From the NCBI RefSeq assembly GCF_009914755.1, contig NC_060947.1: DNA of 64,000 bases, one strand, 5' to 3'. Under the pieces are notes generated by a model. The model worked only from the letters and a program-made list of their open reading frames with translations, was not told where the DNA came from and did not search any database. Positions 50,601 through 64,000 of the stretch are shown here, piece by piece (position 1 is the first letter of the stretch; each line of letters opens with the position of its first letter). The position numbers and the translations under genes are program-made. The DNA is from the human T2T-CHM13v2.0 reference genome, Homo sapiens.

Positions 50601-53600
50601 AGAGGTGAGCTCTAGAGAATCTGGCGACACTGGTTGCTGGAAGAGAGTGAAGGGAAACATTTACTGATAAAACTAAACCTCACTGCCATCACTTAGGGTC
50701 GCAATGTTTGATACCTGACATGTTCTTTCAAATCTAGGCTTGACTTTGCTATCAACTTACATTGTGAGCTTGAGCAAGCAACTCACCCTCTCTGGACCTT
50801 TGGATCATGAACGAGTAAATTAGATGATTTCCAAAGGCAGTCCAGCTGGAACACATTGACTCCAATAGGAACGTACACCAGAAGAACAACTCTGGTTGGG
50901 GATTTGAAAACCTCTCACTTGCTAATTCCTGGGGCCTAAGGCAACACAATCCTTGTTTTCATAACCCAGAGTTATGTCCAGGGCCAGACCAGAGCAGCAG
51001 ATGGACAGACCTGACTCCTAGACGTTTGTAATTGATCAGGACACACTGTAATGAAGTAATTTTCTTGTCTTCATTCTCCATGTCAGCAGGGGCCTGTCTG
51101 CCATGTAGGAAGGGTGACAGAGTAATCTGAGCCGCCACTGAAAACCTGCTTTTTCTCCACAGTTATTTCGCCTGCCACGAGCTGTGGCAGGCAGTGGGAA
51201 AGAGTCCAGACAAGCAGGGGAATTTGGATGCTCTCAAAATATCATACAGGAACTTTAAAAATTGAACTGATTTATGCTTTGTAATGCTTTCAATAATGTG
51301 TAAATGAAGTTAGAACTTGAATCTGAATTTAAGGAAAAATTTTATGTTACCAGACATGAAAGGGCCACAGAAAAATCTCATTGTATGATAACGCTCTCTC
51401 CGCTGTACCAAGAATTGCACTTTGCATAAATAATGGATCCTGGGGTAGAATGTGTAACATGCATTACTTTTCAGCATCAAAGAATGCTCAAAATTACCTG
51501 GAGGTCTGAAAACTCCTCTGGGGCTTATGAATTCCTGGGTTCAGGCAAAGGCCTTGCCACTATAAATCTGGCTTACAAGCTCTCCAAGCTCAACGTGCTG
51601 CCATGGAAACTTGACACATGCCTCAACCTTCTCAACTGAGGTATGGGCATCATAGGCTTATAATTTGCCCCAACCCAGACTCTGGATTAAGAAATAATCC
51701 ACAGTCTCAGTAGGGATATATGTGGAAGATAATACTTCTCCACCCAGGGACCCTGTGCCAAAGGTCAAGTTGTGTGACTCAGAGTAGCTGAGGCCCTAGA
51801 ATGCCTCCCACACATACATTCTCTGAGCCAGTGGCCCATATTTTCCCCCTAAGGTTTTATTGTCTTGCATTTTTTTAACCTCAGAGAATTTTACAATAGC
51901 TAGGTTTGGGACAAAGAACATAAACATGGCTCCAGCAAAACCAGTTGCATATGGTATTGAAACAAAGACTCAGGGAGGAAAAATGCAACACAGACCTGAG
52001 TGTTGTAGCCTGTTTGCTAGTGTAACCTTCTCTGCCCATTGGGAACAGCTGGAAAAGGTCTCCTGAAACCCAGAGGCCCTGAGTTGGTCATAAAAATCCA
52101 GTTAATTTGTCTTCAGTCTGATTTGAGGTGAGTATGACAAACATCTCTGGGAGCATCGTGCTTCTGCCTACCAAAATCTTCAGCACAGCATTTGTTGGTC
52201 TTATGGAAACCTGCTAGTGGGGTCTGCTTAGCATATCAAAAGGCAAAGGGAATTTGACACTTTCATTACTAAAAGCTTTTTCTAGAAGTTAGCGTTATAT
52301 ATGCCTAGTTCTGAAGACTACTAGATATTGTTTCACAGTTGAAATATCATAAGTGAAAATACTAGGTAGAGTATAAAGTATTACATGGTATAGAGATGTC
52401 ACATGGAAGTTCTGAAATTGTACAGTTTATTCCAGTTGGGCCACATCATGAAACTGGAGAGGTGTGATGGGTGCAGCATGAACCAGGACAGAGGAAAGCA
52501 GAGAGAAGGTGCTCCACACTGATGAAGCAGCCAGAGGAATGGGCCTTGGCAGTGGAGGGGAACATCTGGGCTCAGGCTCTAGACACGGTAAGTGTGGCTT
52601 TGCCTTGGCTGGGGCCAGTGGCAGGTTAATAATTTTGTGTTACAGTAAGGATTAGAGCACAGGTTATTACCACAAACATACTAGTGAGGCAGGCCTGGCA
52701 AAGAGAAGACTAAAAAGGGGCAAGCTGCTGTCAAGGAGTCCATGTCTGGGACCCCAGACCCATAACAACATTCTGGGGCTAACCCAAATCACCTGAGGCC
52801 CCAGTCTCATGACCAGTGGTCTATTTTTATGCACAAAGATTGTAGTCCCACTTACAACCAGCCCATCCGGTGTTAGAATGGTGATTACTAGTGTCATACA
52901 AGCCTGGCATAAATACAGAACTTGTGCTTTTTAAAGCATATCTTCATCAATAAATTCATGTTTGCCTTCACACAAAAACATTTTAGGCAAGTAAGGCGGT
53001 TGTTAATCTTCACCTGCATAGAAAGCGAAAGTCTTACCTAAGGTCACCCAGCCAGCCAAGAACAGAGGAAAGTGGCCTATCCTCTGATCTCAGGTTTTTC
53101 GCCAGTTTCATGCCCTTTTTAAGGACTGACCCATGCAAATTTAGCCAGGTTTCTACTGGTGAATAGCTCATTTCCATAGGGCCTCCATATACTGGGCTGC
53201 TTAGGACCATGGCCCCTCCATTTTCCAATAGGTCTGCAATTTAAAAACTGGATTGTGATGAGAAGCATCTGGAGTCTGATAAAGGCTAATTACAGTTAAG
53301 AAATATGAAAATTGAGAACTCAGAAGAAGATCAGCTTCTACTACTGCCTGGGCAGAATAATCAAGAAATTAGCACAAACTGATGGTGACCATAAAGAGAC
53401 ACTAGAGGATAATTGAAGTATTAACATTAAAGATATTCTGGCAAGTGGTTTGTCCCTTGAGAGTCCAGGCCGTCTTCCTTGCTACAGGACATAATACGAC
53501 TGAAGAGCTTTTCAACAAAGCAATGGGGGCTCTGTAGGAGGGTTGCCTCATAAGCTTGGGCTGAGGCTGGGGCAGAGGGATGCTGGTTAATGAGTAGGCT

Positions 53601-54139
53601 TTTCTGCATGAAGCATGAGGACCCTGGTTGGGCCCCACACTTTCAGGGTTGCTCTAACAAAGTAAAGCAAGTACAGAGAATGGCAATCAGAGAGAAGGGT
53701 CTGAACTCACAGCATGGGAAAACCTTTAGAGATGGCCAGGCTTTTTGTTGGTTGGGAAATGGCTCTAGATGAATACAGTTGGCATTTTCAGTTATTTTAG
53801 TGAAGACATCATGAGGAGAGGAGATTGTACATAGTCTCTAGACTACCAAAGGAATAGCTAAAACTACATTTAAAACATTTTTAACCAAACATTGTTGAGC
53901 TCCTTTCACGCGCCATACAAGGGACCTACGGTTTCCATACATGGTCTCATGTAATCCTCAGACCACCCATGAAGTAGGGTCCGATCTGCAAAACAAGGTA
54001 TTATTCTTCTTTTATAGTTGGTAAACAGACTCAGAGAGACAAAGTGGCTTCCCCAGAGTCAAATGAAGGAAGACTGAATCTTGACATTAGTTCTGTCCTG
54101 CTCCATATACACTACTTCACACAGATCTTAATTTGACAT

Positions 54140-54310
54140 AAGAAACACTGAACATTTAGACATATGCCACAATAGGACTCATGCTTCATGAGGTAATGAA
54201 TTCACTATCATTTGAAACATTCAAACAGAAGCTGGATAACAATTGACAGATAATTCAGATATTATGTACAGGTTGGAGCATATGACCTCTAACATGCCTA
54301 CCAACACTGA
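54140..54310 (+). mobile_element. L3/MIR3-type 3' fragment
   Basis: aggtaatgaattcactatcatttgaaacattcaaacagaagctggata ... ggttggagcatatgacctctaac. Confidence 0.5.
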
Positions 54311-55311
54311 GCAGTTGGACTTAGCCACCTCTAAAGCATGTGTGAAGTAGGTGGGGTACACGTTGTAAATAAATCCCTCATTGATCCCCAGTAACTAGAA
54401 AAAAGGGAGATCGATGACTCACAAATCATTCTAAATCCTTCTTTTAGCCTTCTAATCCAGGGGCTATTCACTACCCACTTCACAAAGTTCCCTAATTTGA
54501 CAGCAGCCTCCTGTTTTCTTACCCTTTAAAATAATGTAGAAAAATATCCATAGAAGAAAAGGGGGACAGATGTGATGTGTAGCTTAACATGGAGAACAAT
54601 TTGCAGAAAGGTCCAGGGGAAAAAATAAGGTGGCCCACCATGACACAGTAACTGTCAATATTTTCACCAATTGACCATTTTCCAGAAGGCACAGGATCTT
54701 ACTCAAGCTAATAAATTATAATCTTTGTTCTCAAGCTACATAATGCAATCCTTAAGAAGAGTACCTTTCACTCTAAACTATACCCGCCCCACCATCTGGT
54801 CGTCCTCCCAAGGAATTAGGCTCCAACATATCCATCCAATCTCTGGCAAACCTTGACTCTGTGAACTCTGAACATGCTTACTGGCTGAGCTTTTATGTGC
54901 ATTCTAACGCAATGTCATTTGGTAATATGATCAAAGCAGACACTCTTAAATAATTAACCTTGGGAATACAAGTATATGTGGAGAGACAATCAGTGTGTTA
55001 TATCTTTATACCCTATCTATTTCTCCAGAAGGATTTTAGGCAGCCTAAGTATGATATCTTAGTACCAATACAATAAAACAAAATTATTAAACAAGAATAA
55101 AAAATAGAAGGGCCACGTATTAAGGAGTTAAGGGGAGAAAAAAAGGATTATATGGGAAGATCTGGGAAGATCTGGGTCAGAGACTCCAAATGCAGATGCC
55201 TAAAGGGGCCAGGCAAGTAAAATAAATGTGTGGGGCCAGGTTTGAGACAATTGAGATAAGTAGGGCCTGTGGAACTGATGAATATATATATATGCTCAAA
55301 AGCTATGTGTG

Positions 55312-55508
55312 TTCATGAGTCACTTAACAATAAGGATATGAACTAGAGTCACTTAACGATGGAGATATGTTCTGAGAAATATTTCATCAGGGAATTTTTA
55401 TCATTGTGCAAACATCATAGAGGCTACTTACACAAACTTAGGTGTAAGTAGGTGGTATAGCCTGCTACATATCTAGGCTATATTGTATAGCCTATTGCTC
55501 CTAGACTA
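55312..55508 (-). mobile_element. Tigger3a (Golem MITE), 3' half
   Basis: cacttaacgatggagatatgttctgagaaat...gtgcaaacatcatagag...tatagcctattgctcctagacta is the reverse complement of the recalled Tigger3a 3' half. Confidence 0.8.
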
Positions 55509-58500
55509 GGGAATAGCATTGAATCTATAAATTACTTTGGGCAGTAAGGCCATTTTCATGATGTTGATTTTTCCTATTCATGAGGATGGAATGTGTTTCC
55601 ATTCGTTTGTGTCCTCTCTTATTTCCCTGAGCAGTAGTTTGTAGGTCTCCTTGAAGAGGTTTTTCCTGTCCCTGGTTAGCTGTATTCTTATTTTATTCTC
55701 TTTGTAGCAATTGTGAGTGGGAGTTCATTCATGATTTGGCTCTCTGCTTGTCTATTGTTGGTATATAGGACTGCTTGTGATTTTTGCGCATTGATTTTGT
55801 ACCCTGAGGCTTTGCTGAAGTTGCTTATCAGCTTAAGGAGTTTAGGGGCTGAAATGATGGTGTTTTCTAAATATAGGATCATGTCTTCTGCAAACAGAGA
55901 CCATTTGACTTCCTCTCTTTCTATTTGAATATGCTTTATTTCTTTCTCTTGCCTGATTGCCCTAGCCAGAACTTCCAATACTATGTTGAATAGGAGTGGT
56001 GAGAGAGGACATCCTTGTCTTGTGCCAGTTTTCAAAGGGAACACTTCTAGCTTTTGCCAATGTAGTATGATATTGGCTACAGGTTTGTTATAAATAGCTC
56101 TTATTATTTTGAGATATGTTCCATCAATACCTAGTTTATTGATCGTTTTTAACATGAAGGGATGTTGAATTTTATCAAAGGCCTTTTCTGCATCTATTAA
56201 GATAATCATGTGTTTTTTTGTCATCGGTTCTGTTTATGTGATGGATTATGTTTATTGATTTGCATATGTTGAACCAGCCTTGCATCCCAAGAATGAAGCT
56301 GACTTGATTGTGATGGATAAGCTTTATGATGGACTGCTGGATTTGGTTTGCCAGTATTTTATTGAGGATTTTCGCATCAATGTTCATCAGGGATATTGGC
56401 CTGAAGTTTTCTTTATTTGTTGTGTCTCTCCCAAGTTTTGGTATCAGGATGATGCTGGCCTCATAAAATGAGTTAGGGAGGAGCCCCTCCTTTTCAATTG
56501 TTTAGAATAGTTTCTGAGGAAATTATACCATCTCTTCTTTGTACCTCTGGTGGAATTTGGCTGTGAATCTGTCTAGTCCTAGGCTTTTGTTGGTTGCTAG
56601 GCTATTTATTACTGCCTCAATTTCAGAACTTGCTATTGGTCTATTCAGGGATTCGACTTCTTCCTGGTTTAGTCTTGGGAGGGTGTATGTGTCTAGGAAT
56701 TTATCCACTTCCTCTAGATTTTCTAGTTTATTTACATAGAGGTGTTTATAGTATTCTCTGATCGTAGTTTTTATTTTTGTAGGGCCAGTGGTGATATCCC
56801 ATTTATCATTTTTACTTGTGTATATTTGATTCTTCTCTCCCTTCTTCTTTAGTAGTCTAGCTAGAGGTTCATCTATTTTATTAATTTTTAAAAAATGCCT
56901 CCTGTATTCATTGATATTTCGAAGGGGTTTTTGTGTCTCTATCTCCTTCAGTTCTGCTCTGATCTTAGTTATTTCTTGTCTTCTACTAGCTTTTGGATAT
57001 GTTTGCTCTTGCTTCTCCAGTTCTTTTAATTGTGATGTTAGGGTGTCAATTTGAGATCTTTCTAGCTTTCTGATGTGGGTATTTAGTGCTATAAATTTCC
57101 CTCTTAACACTGCTTTAGCTGCATCCCAGAGATTCTGGTACATTGTTTCTTTGTTCTCATTGGTTTGTTTCAAAGAACTTCTTGATTTCTGCCTTAATTT
57201 CATTATTTACCCAGGAGTCATTCAGGAGCAGGTTGTTCAATTTCTATGTAGTTGTGTGGTTTTGAGTGAGTTTCTTAATCCTGAGTTCTAATTTGATTGC
57301 ACTGTGGTCTGACAGACTGTTTGTTATGAGTTCAGTTCTTTTGCATTTGCAGAGGAGTGTTTTACTTCCAATTATGTGCTCGATTTTAGAGTAAGAGCCA
57401 TGTAGCACTGAGAAGAATGTATATTCTGTTGATCTGGGGTGGTGAGTTCTGTAGATATCTATTAGATCCACTTGATCCAGAGCTGAGTTCAAGTCCTAAA
57501 TATCCTTGTTAATGTTCTGTCTCGTTCATCTGTCTAATATTGACAACGCAATGTTAAAGTCTCCCACTGTTATTCTGTAGGAGTCTAAGTCTCTTTGTAG
57601 GTCTCTAAGAACTTGTTTTATGAATCTGGGTGCTCCTGTATTGGGTGCATATATATTTAGAGTAGTTAGCTCTTCTTGTTGAATTGATCCCTTTACCATT
57701 ATGTAATGCCCTTTTTTGTCTTTTTTGTTATTTTTTGGTTTAAAATCTGTTTTGTCACAGACTGAGATTGCAACCCCTGCTTTTTTCTGCTTTATATTTG
57801 CTTGGTTAACTTTCCTCCATCCCTTTATTTTGAAGCTATGTGTGTCTTTGCATGTGAGATGGGTCTCTTGAATAAAGCACACTGATGGGTCTTGACTTTT
57901 CATCCAATTTGCAAGCCTGTGTCTATTAATTGGGGCATTTATCCTATTTACATTAAGGCTAATATTGTTATGTGTGAATTTGATCCTGTCATCATGATGC
58001 TAGCTGGTAATTTGGCACACTAGTTGATGCTGTCTCTTCACAGTGTCATTAGTCTTTATATTTTCTTCTGTTTTTCAGTGGCTGATACCAGTGTTTCCTT
58101 TTTATATTTAGTACTTACTTCAGGAACTCTTGCAAGGCAGGCCTGGTAGTGACGAATTCCCTCAGCACTTGCTTGTCTAAAAAGGATTTTATTTCTCCTT
58201 CACTTATGAAGCTTAGTTTGGCCAGATATGAAATTCTGGGTTGAAAATTCTTTTCTTTAAGAATGTTGAATATTGGCCTGCACTCTCTTCTGGTTTATAG
58301 GGTTTCTGCTGAGAGATCTGCTCTTAGTCTGATGGGCTTCCCTTTGTAGGTGGCCTGGCCTTTCTCTTTGGCTGCCCTTAACATTTTTTCCTTCATTTCA
58401 TCCTTGGAGAACCTGATGATTATGTGTGTTGGGATTGATCTTCTCGTTGAGCATATTAGTGGGGTTCTCTGTATTTCCTGAATTTGAATGTGGCCCTGTC

Positions 58501-60196
58501 TTGCTAGGTTGGGGAAGTTGTCCTGGATAATATCCTGAAGTGTGTTTTTCAACTTGGTTCCATTCTGCCCATCTCTTTTAAGTACTCCAATCAGTCATAT
58601 ATTGAATCTTTTTACATAGTTCCATATTTCTTGGAGGTTTTGTTTATTCCTTTTATTTCTTTTTTCTCTAATCTTGTCTACCTGCCTTATTTCAGTAAGA
58701 TAGTCCTCCATCCCTAATATTCTTTCTTCTGCTTGATCAATTTGACTATTGATACTTGTGTATGCTTCACCAAGTTCTTATGCTATGTTTTTCAGCTCCA
58801 TCAGGTTATTTGTTTCTCTCTAAACTGGTTATTCTAGTTAGCAGCTCCTCTAACCTTTTATCAAGGTTCTTGGCTTCTTTGCATTAGCTTAGAGCATGCT
58901 CCTTTACCTCAGTGAACTTTGTTATTACCCACCTTCTGAAGCCTTCTTCTGTCAATTCATCCATCTCATCCTCCATCCAGCTCTGCACCCTTGCTGGAGA
59001 GGTGTTGCGACCATTTGGAGGAGAAGAGGCACTTTTGCCTTTTGTGTTTTCAGTGTTTTGTTGTTGTTGTTGAGTCTTTCTCATCTTCATCAGGTTGTCT
59101 ACTTTCGATCTTTGAGGATGCTGACCCTTGGATGAGGTTTTTGTGGGGACTATTTTTTGTTTATGCTGTTGTTGTTGCTTTGTTTGTTTGTTTTTCTTTC
59201 AATTCAGGTCCCTCTTCTGTAGGGCTGCTGTGGTTTGCTGGGGGTCCATTTCAGGTCCTATTCCTCTGGTTTGCTCCCATGCCTGGAGATGTTACTTGAG
59301 GAGGCTGGAGAACAGCAAAGATGGGTGTCTGTTCCTTCCTCTGGGATCTCTGACCTCGAGGGGCACCAACCTGATGCCAGTAGGAATGCTCCTGTACAGG
59401 ATGTCTGACAGTCTCTGTTGGGGTTTCTCACACAGTTGGGTGGCTCAGGAAGCAGGACCCATTTAATGTGGCATTTTGGATCTCCTTTGGTGGAGGGGGT
59501 ATGCTGCACTGGGGGGAAACCCACTCATCTGTGTGCCTGGATTCCTCAGAGCTAGCAGAAGGAAAGACCAAGTCTGCTGATCCGTGGAAACTACGGCCAC
59601 CCCTCCCACTAGGTAACCAGGCCCAGGGAGATCGGAATTCGTCCCTGAGCCCCTGGCTGGAGTTGTAGCTCCTGCAGGGAGGCCCTGCAGCCCTGGTGTT
59701 GGCTTCTGCCCCTCCCCCAAGGAGCTCGGACAGCTTAGATTGCAGGCAGCCACAGCAGTGGTGATGGTCACCCCTTCCTTGGGGAACTTGGAAGGCTCAG
59801 GCCGATTCTAGTCCAGTGGCTGTTGAGAATCTGCGTGGCTCCATGGTTAAGATACAAGGCCCCAGCAGTGTGGGATCCTGAGTGGGATCTTCCGATCTGT
59901 GGGTTGCACCGTTCCACGGAAAAAGCACAATTTCCCAGTCTGAGTAGCATGCTCACTCACCACCTCCCTTGGTTGGGGGTGGGGGCTCCCCTGCCCCCCG
60001 TGGTTCTCAAGTCGGTGGCTGCATGTCACTGCTCTTTCTTCCTCTCTGTGGGTCACATCAACTGCCTAGTCAGTCCTAATGACAGAACCCGGATACCTCG
60101 GTTGCCAGTGCAGGATTTGGACCCTGTTTTGGATTTTTTTGATTGGAGCCTCCGATCACTGTTGCTTCTAGTTGACCATCTTGGCCCCGCCCCACC
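55509..60196 (-). mobile_element. L1PA7-10-like element, 5' two-thirds (5'UTR, ORF1, ORF2 up to RFNAIP)
   Basis: 5' end GGGGCCAAGATGG at ~60190, ORF1 remnants at 58295-59090, ORF2 remnants at 55688-57990. Breaks abruptly at gggaatagcat with no poly-A. Confidence 0.92.
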
Positions 60197-60219
60197 AGCT
60201 CCTGGTTTTTTATACCTTA

Positions 60220-61060
60220 TAGCCAGTCAGCAAAACCATGCGAGCTCTACCTTCAAAATATATTCAGAAGTTGAACCCTTCTCTTTCCCTCTATTGAAAC
60301 CACTCAGGCCCAAGCTGCCATCTTCTCTGGTTCACTTTATTGCAATAGCATCCTAACTAGACTCACTATTTCCATTCTTCCCCCAAACCACTTCAGTATA
60401 GTTTCAGTATAGCAGGCAGAATGGATCTTTCAAAATGTGTCATGTTTTTTCCATCACTGACACTTTCCACAGGCTCTTCATCTCATTCAAACTAAAAGTC
60501 AGTCTTTACAAGGGTCTAGAATGCCCTCCATGCTCTAGTCCCTTGTTGCCTATCTGACTTCGTTTGCTATCATTCTCCTCACTCCCCTCTGCTGTTCTGC
60601 AAACAAGCTGGCCATGTGACTTACTCAGGGCCTCAGCAAGTGCTTTTCACTCTGCCTACAATTCTCTTTCCTCAGATATTCACGGGGTTTTCTCCTCCCT
60701 TCAGTTATGTTTTTACTCAAATATTATTTTCTCAGGGAGTCCTTCCCTGGCCATCCTGTTTAAAACTATCATCCTCCCCTCTCCTAAACTCCTAATTTTC
60801 CTTCCTGGCATTAATATTCCCAGTAGCACTTTTTACCAGCTAACATACTATATAAGTGACTTATTTACTTCACTTATTGATTGATTATCTGCCTAGATGG
60901 GGGACAATCCAATCCTACATTGGGCATTGGAAAATAAACTCTCACAAGGGCAAAGATATAGGAATCTTTGTTTATATCATGACTCCATTCCCAGTGTCTA
61001 TCATAATGCCTGACATTTAGTGGATGCTTAAAAAATATTTGTTGAATCAAAAAGGATGAA
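60220..61060 (+). mobile_element. L2 LINE 3' region
   Basis: ctctaccttcaaaatatatt...tgcaatagcatcctaact...ctcagggcct...cccagtgtcta...aatatttgttgaat...gatgaat. Confidence 0.8.
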
Positions 61061-61264
61061 TAAATTCTTTTTACTGTTCCTTGATGCCTCAGCAAAAATA
61101 ATAATTATCAGTAAATGTTACTATTTATCGAGGATCTGACACTCAGGTGCTGTATGTACTTTATCTCACTTAATCATCCAAATATTCCTGCAATATAAAC
61201 TGTATTATGTATATTTCACAGAGGAATAAAACTGCTAATAGACAGAATACAAGGTAGGAGGGAG

Positions 61265-61495
61265 GATAATAACAGCAAACAGTTACTGAACATGCACTAC
61301 TAAGTGCTGGCTGCCATTCTAAGAGTTTATTATGCTGTCTCTCATTTAATACTCTTAAAGTGTTATTATTATTCCAATTTTGCAAATAAGAAAACTGAGT
61401 CATAGAGGTTTTGAATGACTTGATCAATGTCACACAACTGGTTAAAAATGGCCCTAGGAGTCACACCCAAGCATCAGACTTCAAGGCTCAGGCTC
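61265..61495 (-). mobile_element. MIR
   Basis: tctcatttaatactc...ttattattccaattttgcaaataagaaaactgagtcatagaggt...gtcacacaactg. Confidence 0.7.
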
Positions 61496-61572
61496 ACATT
61501 TACCTATGTAACAAACCTACACATGTACCCCTGAACTTAAAATGAAAGTTGAAAATTAAAAAAAATTAAAAA
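61496..61572 (+). mobile_element. Very short L1 3'-terminal fragment (older L1PA/L1PB-like)
   Basis: tttacctatgtaacaaacctacacatgtacccctgaacttaaaat followed by an A-rich tail. Confidence 0.75.
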
Positions 61573-62573
61573 ATGAAGAGTTACATTTTGGCCATGCAGG
61601 ATGTAGGATGCTTATGACACATCCAAGGGGAAATGTAAAGAAAACAGTTGACTATGCAAGTCTGCAGCTCAGGGAAAAAAGTCTAGACTAGAAATACCAG
61701 TTTGGAAGCCATGAGCATAAAGTTGATATTTAAAGCAATGAGAATGGATGTAATCATGGCTCCTTGTGTGTCTGTGCTATGCACAGATATATTGCAGCAA
61801 AGGTTGACTGGAGAAAGAAATAATACATCCCAAATGTATAAATGAAGCTTTCCTTGGAGATGAGCATAGTCCCAGCCTGTAGGTGATATTCTGGTTACTC
61901 CATGCTGAATTGGGTATAGATCCTCTTTCTGTCAACATTGAAGAGCACCTCTCATTCTTTCTAACCCTCTCTTGGGACCACGAGTTTGAATTATCTGCAT
62001 TACAGTTCTGTCAAAAACCCAGAGGAAGTTGTTGATATTTGAGAGTGCCAGTTTTACGGAATTCCTCCAAAATTTCAAAGCTTTATCCTCCTTTCATACC
62101 AGCGCACCAGGAAGCTACAGACCTGGTCTCTATCACTCTGCTCCCAGTGGAACTGCCTTTACAAAACTATAGCTTAACATTATGCATTTGGATTTTCCTG
62201 AGGGCCCACATAATAGATACCATATGTAAAATATCAGTACTTTTCTTAGGTAAAACTCTTGTTAGGTATATTATCCATTGTGTCATACAAGTTCCCTTAA
62301 GCAAAGACTTAGGCAACAATTTTTTCTTAGAGTTCTGAAATTTAAAAAACAAGTTTTCTCTCTTTATAGGCTAGTCTACTTCCTTTTGTGAGCAGCTGAA
62401 GGTCCTCTAGGCCATGATTTGTCCATCTTTGCCTTGTCTTGTAGGAACTTCAGGGTTAAATCCTTGCTTATCTTTAACAGTTTCTCTTCATCTGCATCAG
62501 GAGTCATAATCTGGGGTGCAAATGATGCCTACTGATGAATTGTGTACAGCTGGCTTTGTGTTTAAAAAAACTG

Positions 62574-62771
62574 CACTCATGTGTCACATAATATTTTGGT
62601 TAACAATGGACCACATATAAGACAGTGGTTTTATAAGGTTATAATAGCATATTTTTACTGTACCTTTTCTATATTTGGATACATTTAGATACACAAATAT
62701 TTACCATACTGTTACAGTCGCCTACAGTATTCAGTACAGTAAAATAGTATACAGGATTGTAGTCTATGAGC
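62574..62771 (+). mobile_element. Tigger3a (Golem MITE), 5' half
   Basis: cactcatgtgtcacataat...ggaccacatata...tttttactgtaccttttctat...cctacagtattcagtacagtaa...tgtagtctatgagc. Confidence 0.8.
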
Positions 62772-62772
62772 T

Positions 62773-64000
62773 ATGCTATTCCCATCAAACTACCATTGAC
62801 GTTCTTCACATAATTAGAAAAAAACTGCTTTAAACTTCATATGGAGCCAAAAAGATCCCACACAGCTAAGACAGTCCTAAGCAAAAAAGACAAAGCAGGA
62901 GGCATCACGCTACCTGACTTTAAATGATGCTACAAGGCTACAGTAATGAAAACAGCATGGTGCTGGTACCAAAACAGACATATAGACTCATGGAGCAGAA
63001 CAGAGACCTCAGAAATAAGACCACACATCTACAACCATCTGATCTTTGACAAACCTGACAAAAAAAAGCAATGAGGAAAGGATTCCCTATTTAATAAATG
63101 GTGCTGGAAAACTGGCTAGCCATCTGCAGAAAACTGAAACTGGACCCCCTTCCTTACATCTTATACAAAAATTAACTCAAGATGGATTAAAGGCTTAAAT
63201 GTAAAATCCAAAACCAGAAAAACCCTAGAAGAAAACCTAGGCAATACCATTCAATTCATAGGCATGGACAAAAATTTTATGATGAAATCACCAAAAGCAG
63301 TTGCAACAAAAGCTAAAATTAACAAATGGGATCTAATTAAAGAACTTCTGCACAGCAAAAGAAACTATCAGAACAAACAGGCAACCTACAGAATGGGAGA
63401 AAACTTTTACAATCTATCCATCTCACAAAGGCCTAATACCAGAATTTACAAGGAACTTAAACAAATTTACAAGAAAAGAAAACATCAAAAAGTGCGCAAA
63501 GGATATGGACAGACACTTCTCAAAAGAAGGCATTTATGCGGCCAACAAACATGAAAAAAAGCTCAACATCACTGATCATTAGAGGAATGCAAATCAAAAC
63601 CACAATGAGATACCATCTCATGCCAGTCAGAATGGCTATTATTAAAAAGTCAAAGAACAACAGATGCTGGCAAGACTGTAGAGAATTAGGGAACGCTTTT
63701 ACATTTTTTGGTGGGAATGTAAATTAGTTCAACCATTTTGGAAGATAGTGTGGTGATTCTTCAAGGATCTATAACCAGAAATATCATTTGACCCAGCAAT
63801 CTCATTACTGGATATAAACCCAGAGAAATATAAATCATTCTATTATAAAGACACATGCACATGTATCTTTATTGCAGCACTATTCATAATAGCAAAGACA
63901 TGGAACCAACCCAAATGCCCACCAATAATTGACTGAATAAAGAAAATGTGGTACATATACACTATGGACTACTATGCAGCCACAAAAAGGAACGAGATCA
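62773..64000 (+). mobile_element. L1PA7-10-like ORF2 3' part; continuation of the 55509-60196 element on the opposite strand, runs off the window
   Basis: Starts atgctattcccatcaaactacc (NAIPIKLP), exactly where the minus-strand element stops, and continues through [11 protein letters not shown]. Confidence 0.92.

Noticed and set aside
59823-60356. 177-aa plus-strand ORF
   Set aside because: Antisense of an older L1 5'UTR running into L2; non-ATG start and not homologous to ORF0.

Overview
Primate (human-like) AT-rich, LINE-1-dense genomic DNA. I recognise no host protein-coding exon, RNA gene or CRISPR array. All long ORFs are L1 ORF1/ORF2 pieces or MaLR/Alu-derived noise. Main content: (1) a near full-length, very young L1HS/L1PA2-boundary element (7666-13692, -) with a 19-bp TSD, disabled ORF1/ORF2 and an intact antisense ORF0, inside a Charlie1 DNA transposon; (2) a 14-kb four-level L1 nest inside one MIR (18947-32871), including a 5'-inverted (twin-primed) L1; (3) two MaLR proviruses (MSTA-like, THE1-like), each hit by a truncated L1; (4) an L1PA7-10-like element and a Tigger3a MITE, each split into opposite-strand halves. 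The split elements reveal a ~7.3-kb inversion (55509-62771) with short inverted duplications at both breakpoints, the best-supported hidden structure here. A ~300-bp inverted duplication (4295-4594 / 6167-6470) and a 65-bp local templated copy are also visible. I found no evidence for a novel biological system; the interest lies in rearrangement and retrotransposition fossils. Repeat subfamily names come from recalled consensus sequences and need RepeatMasker/Dfam confirmation.
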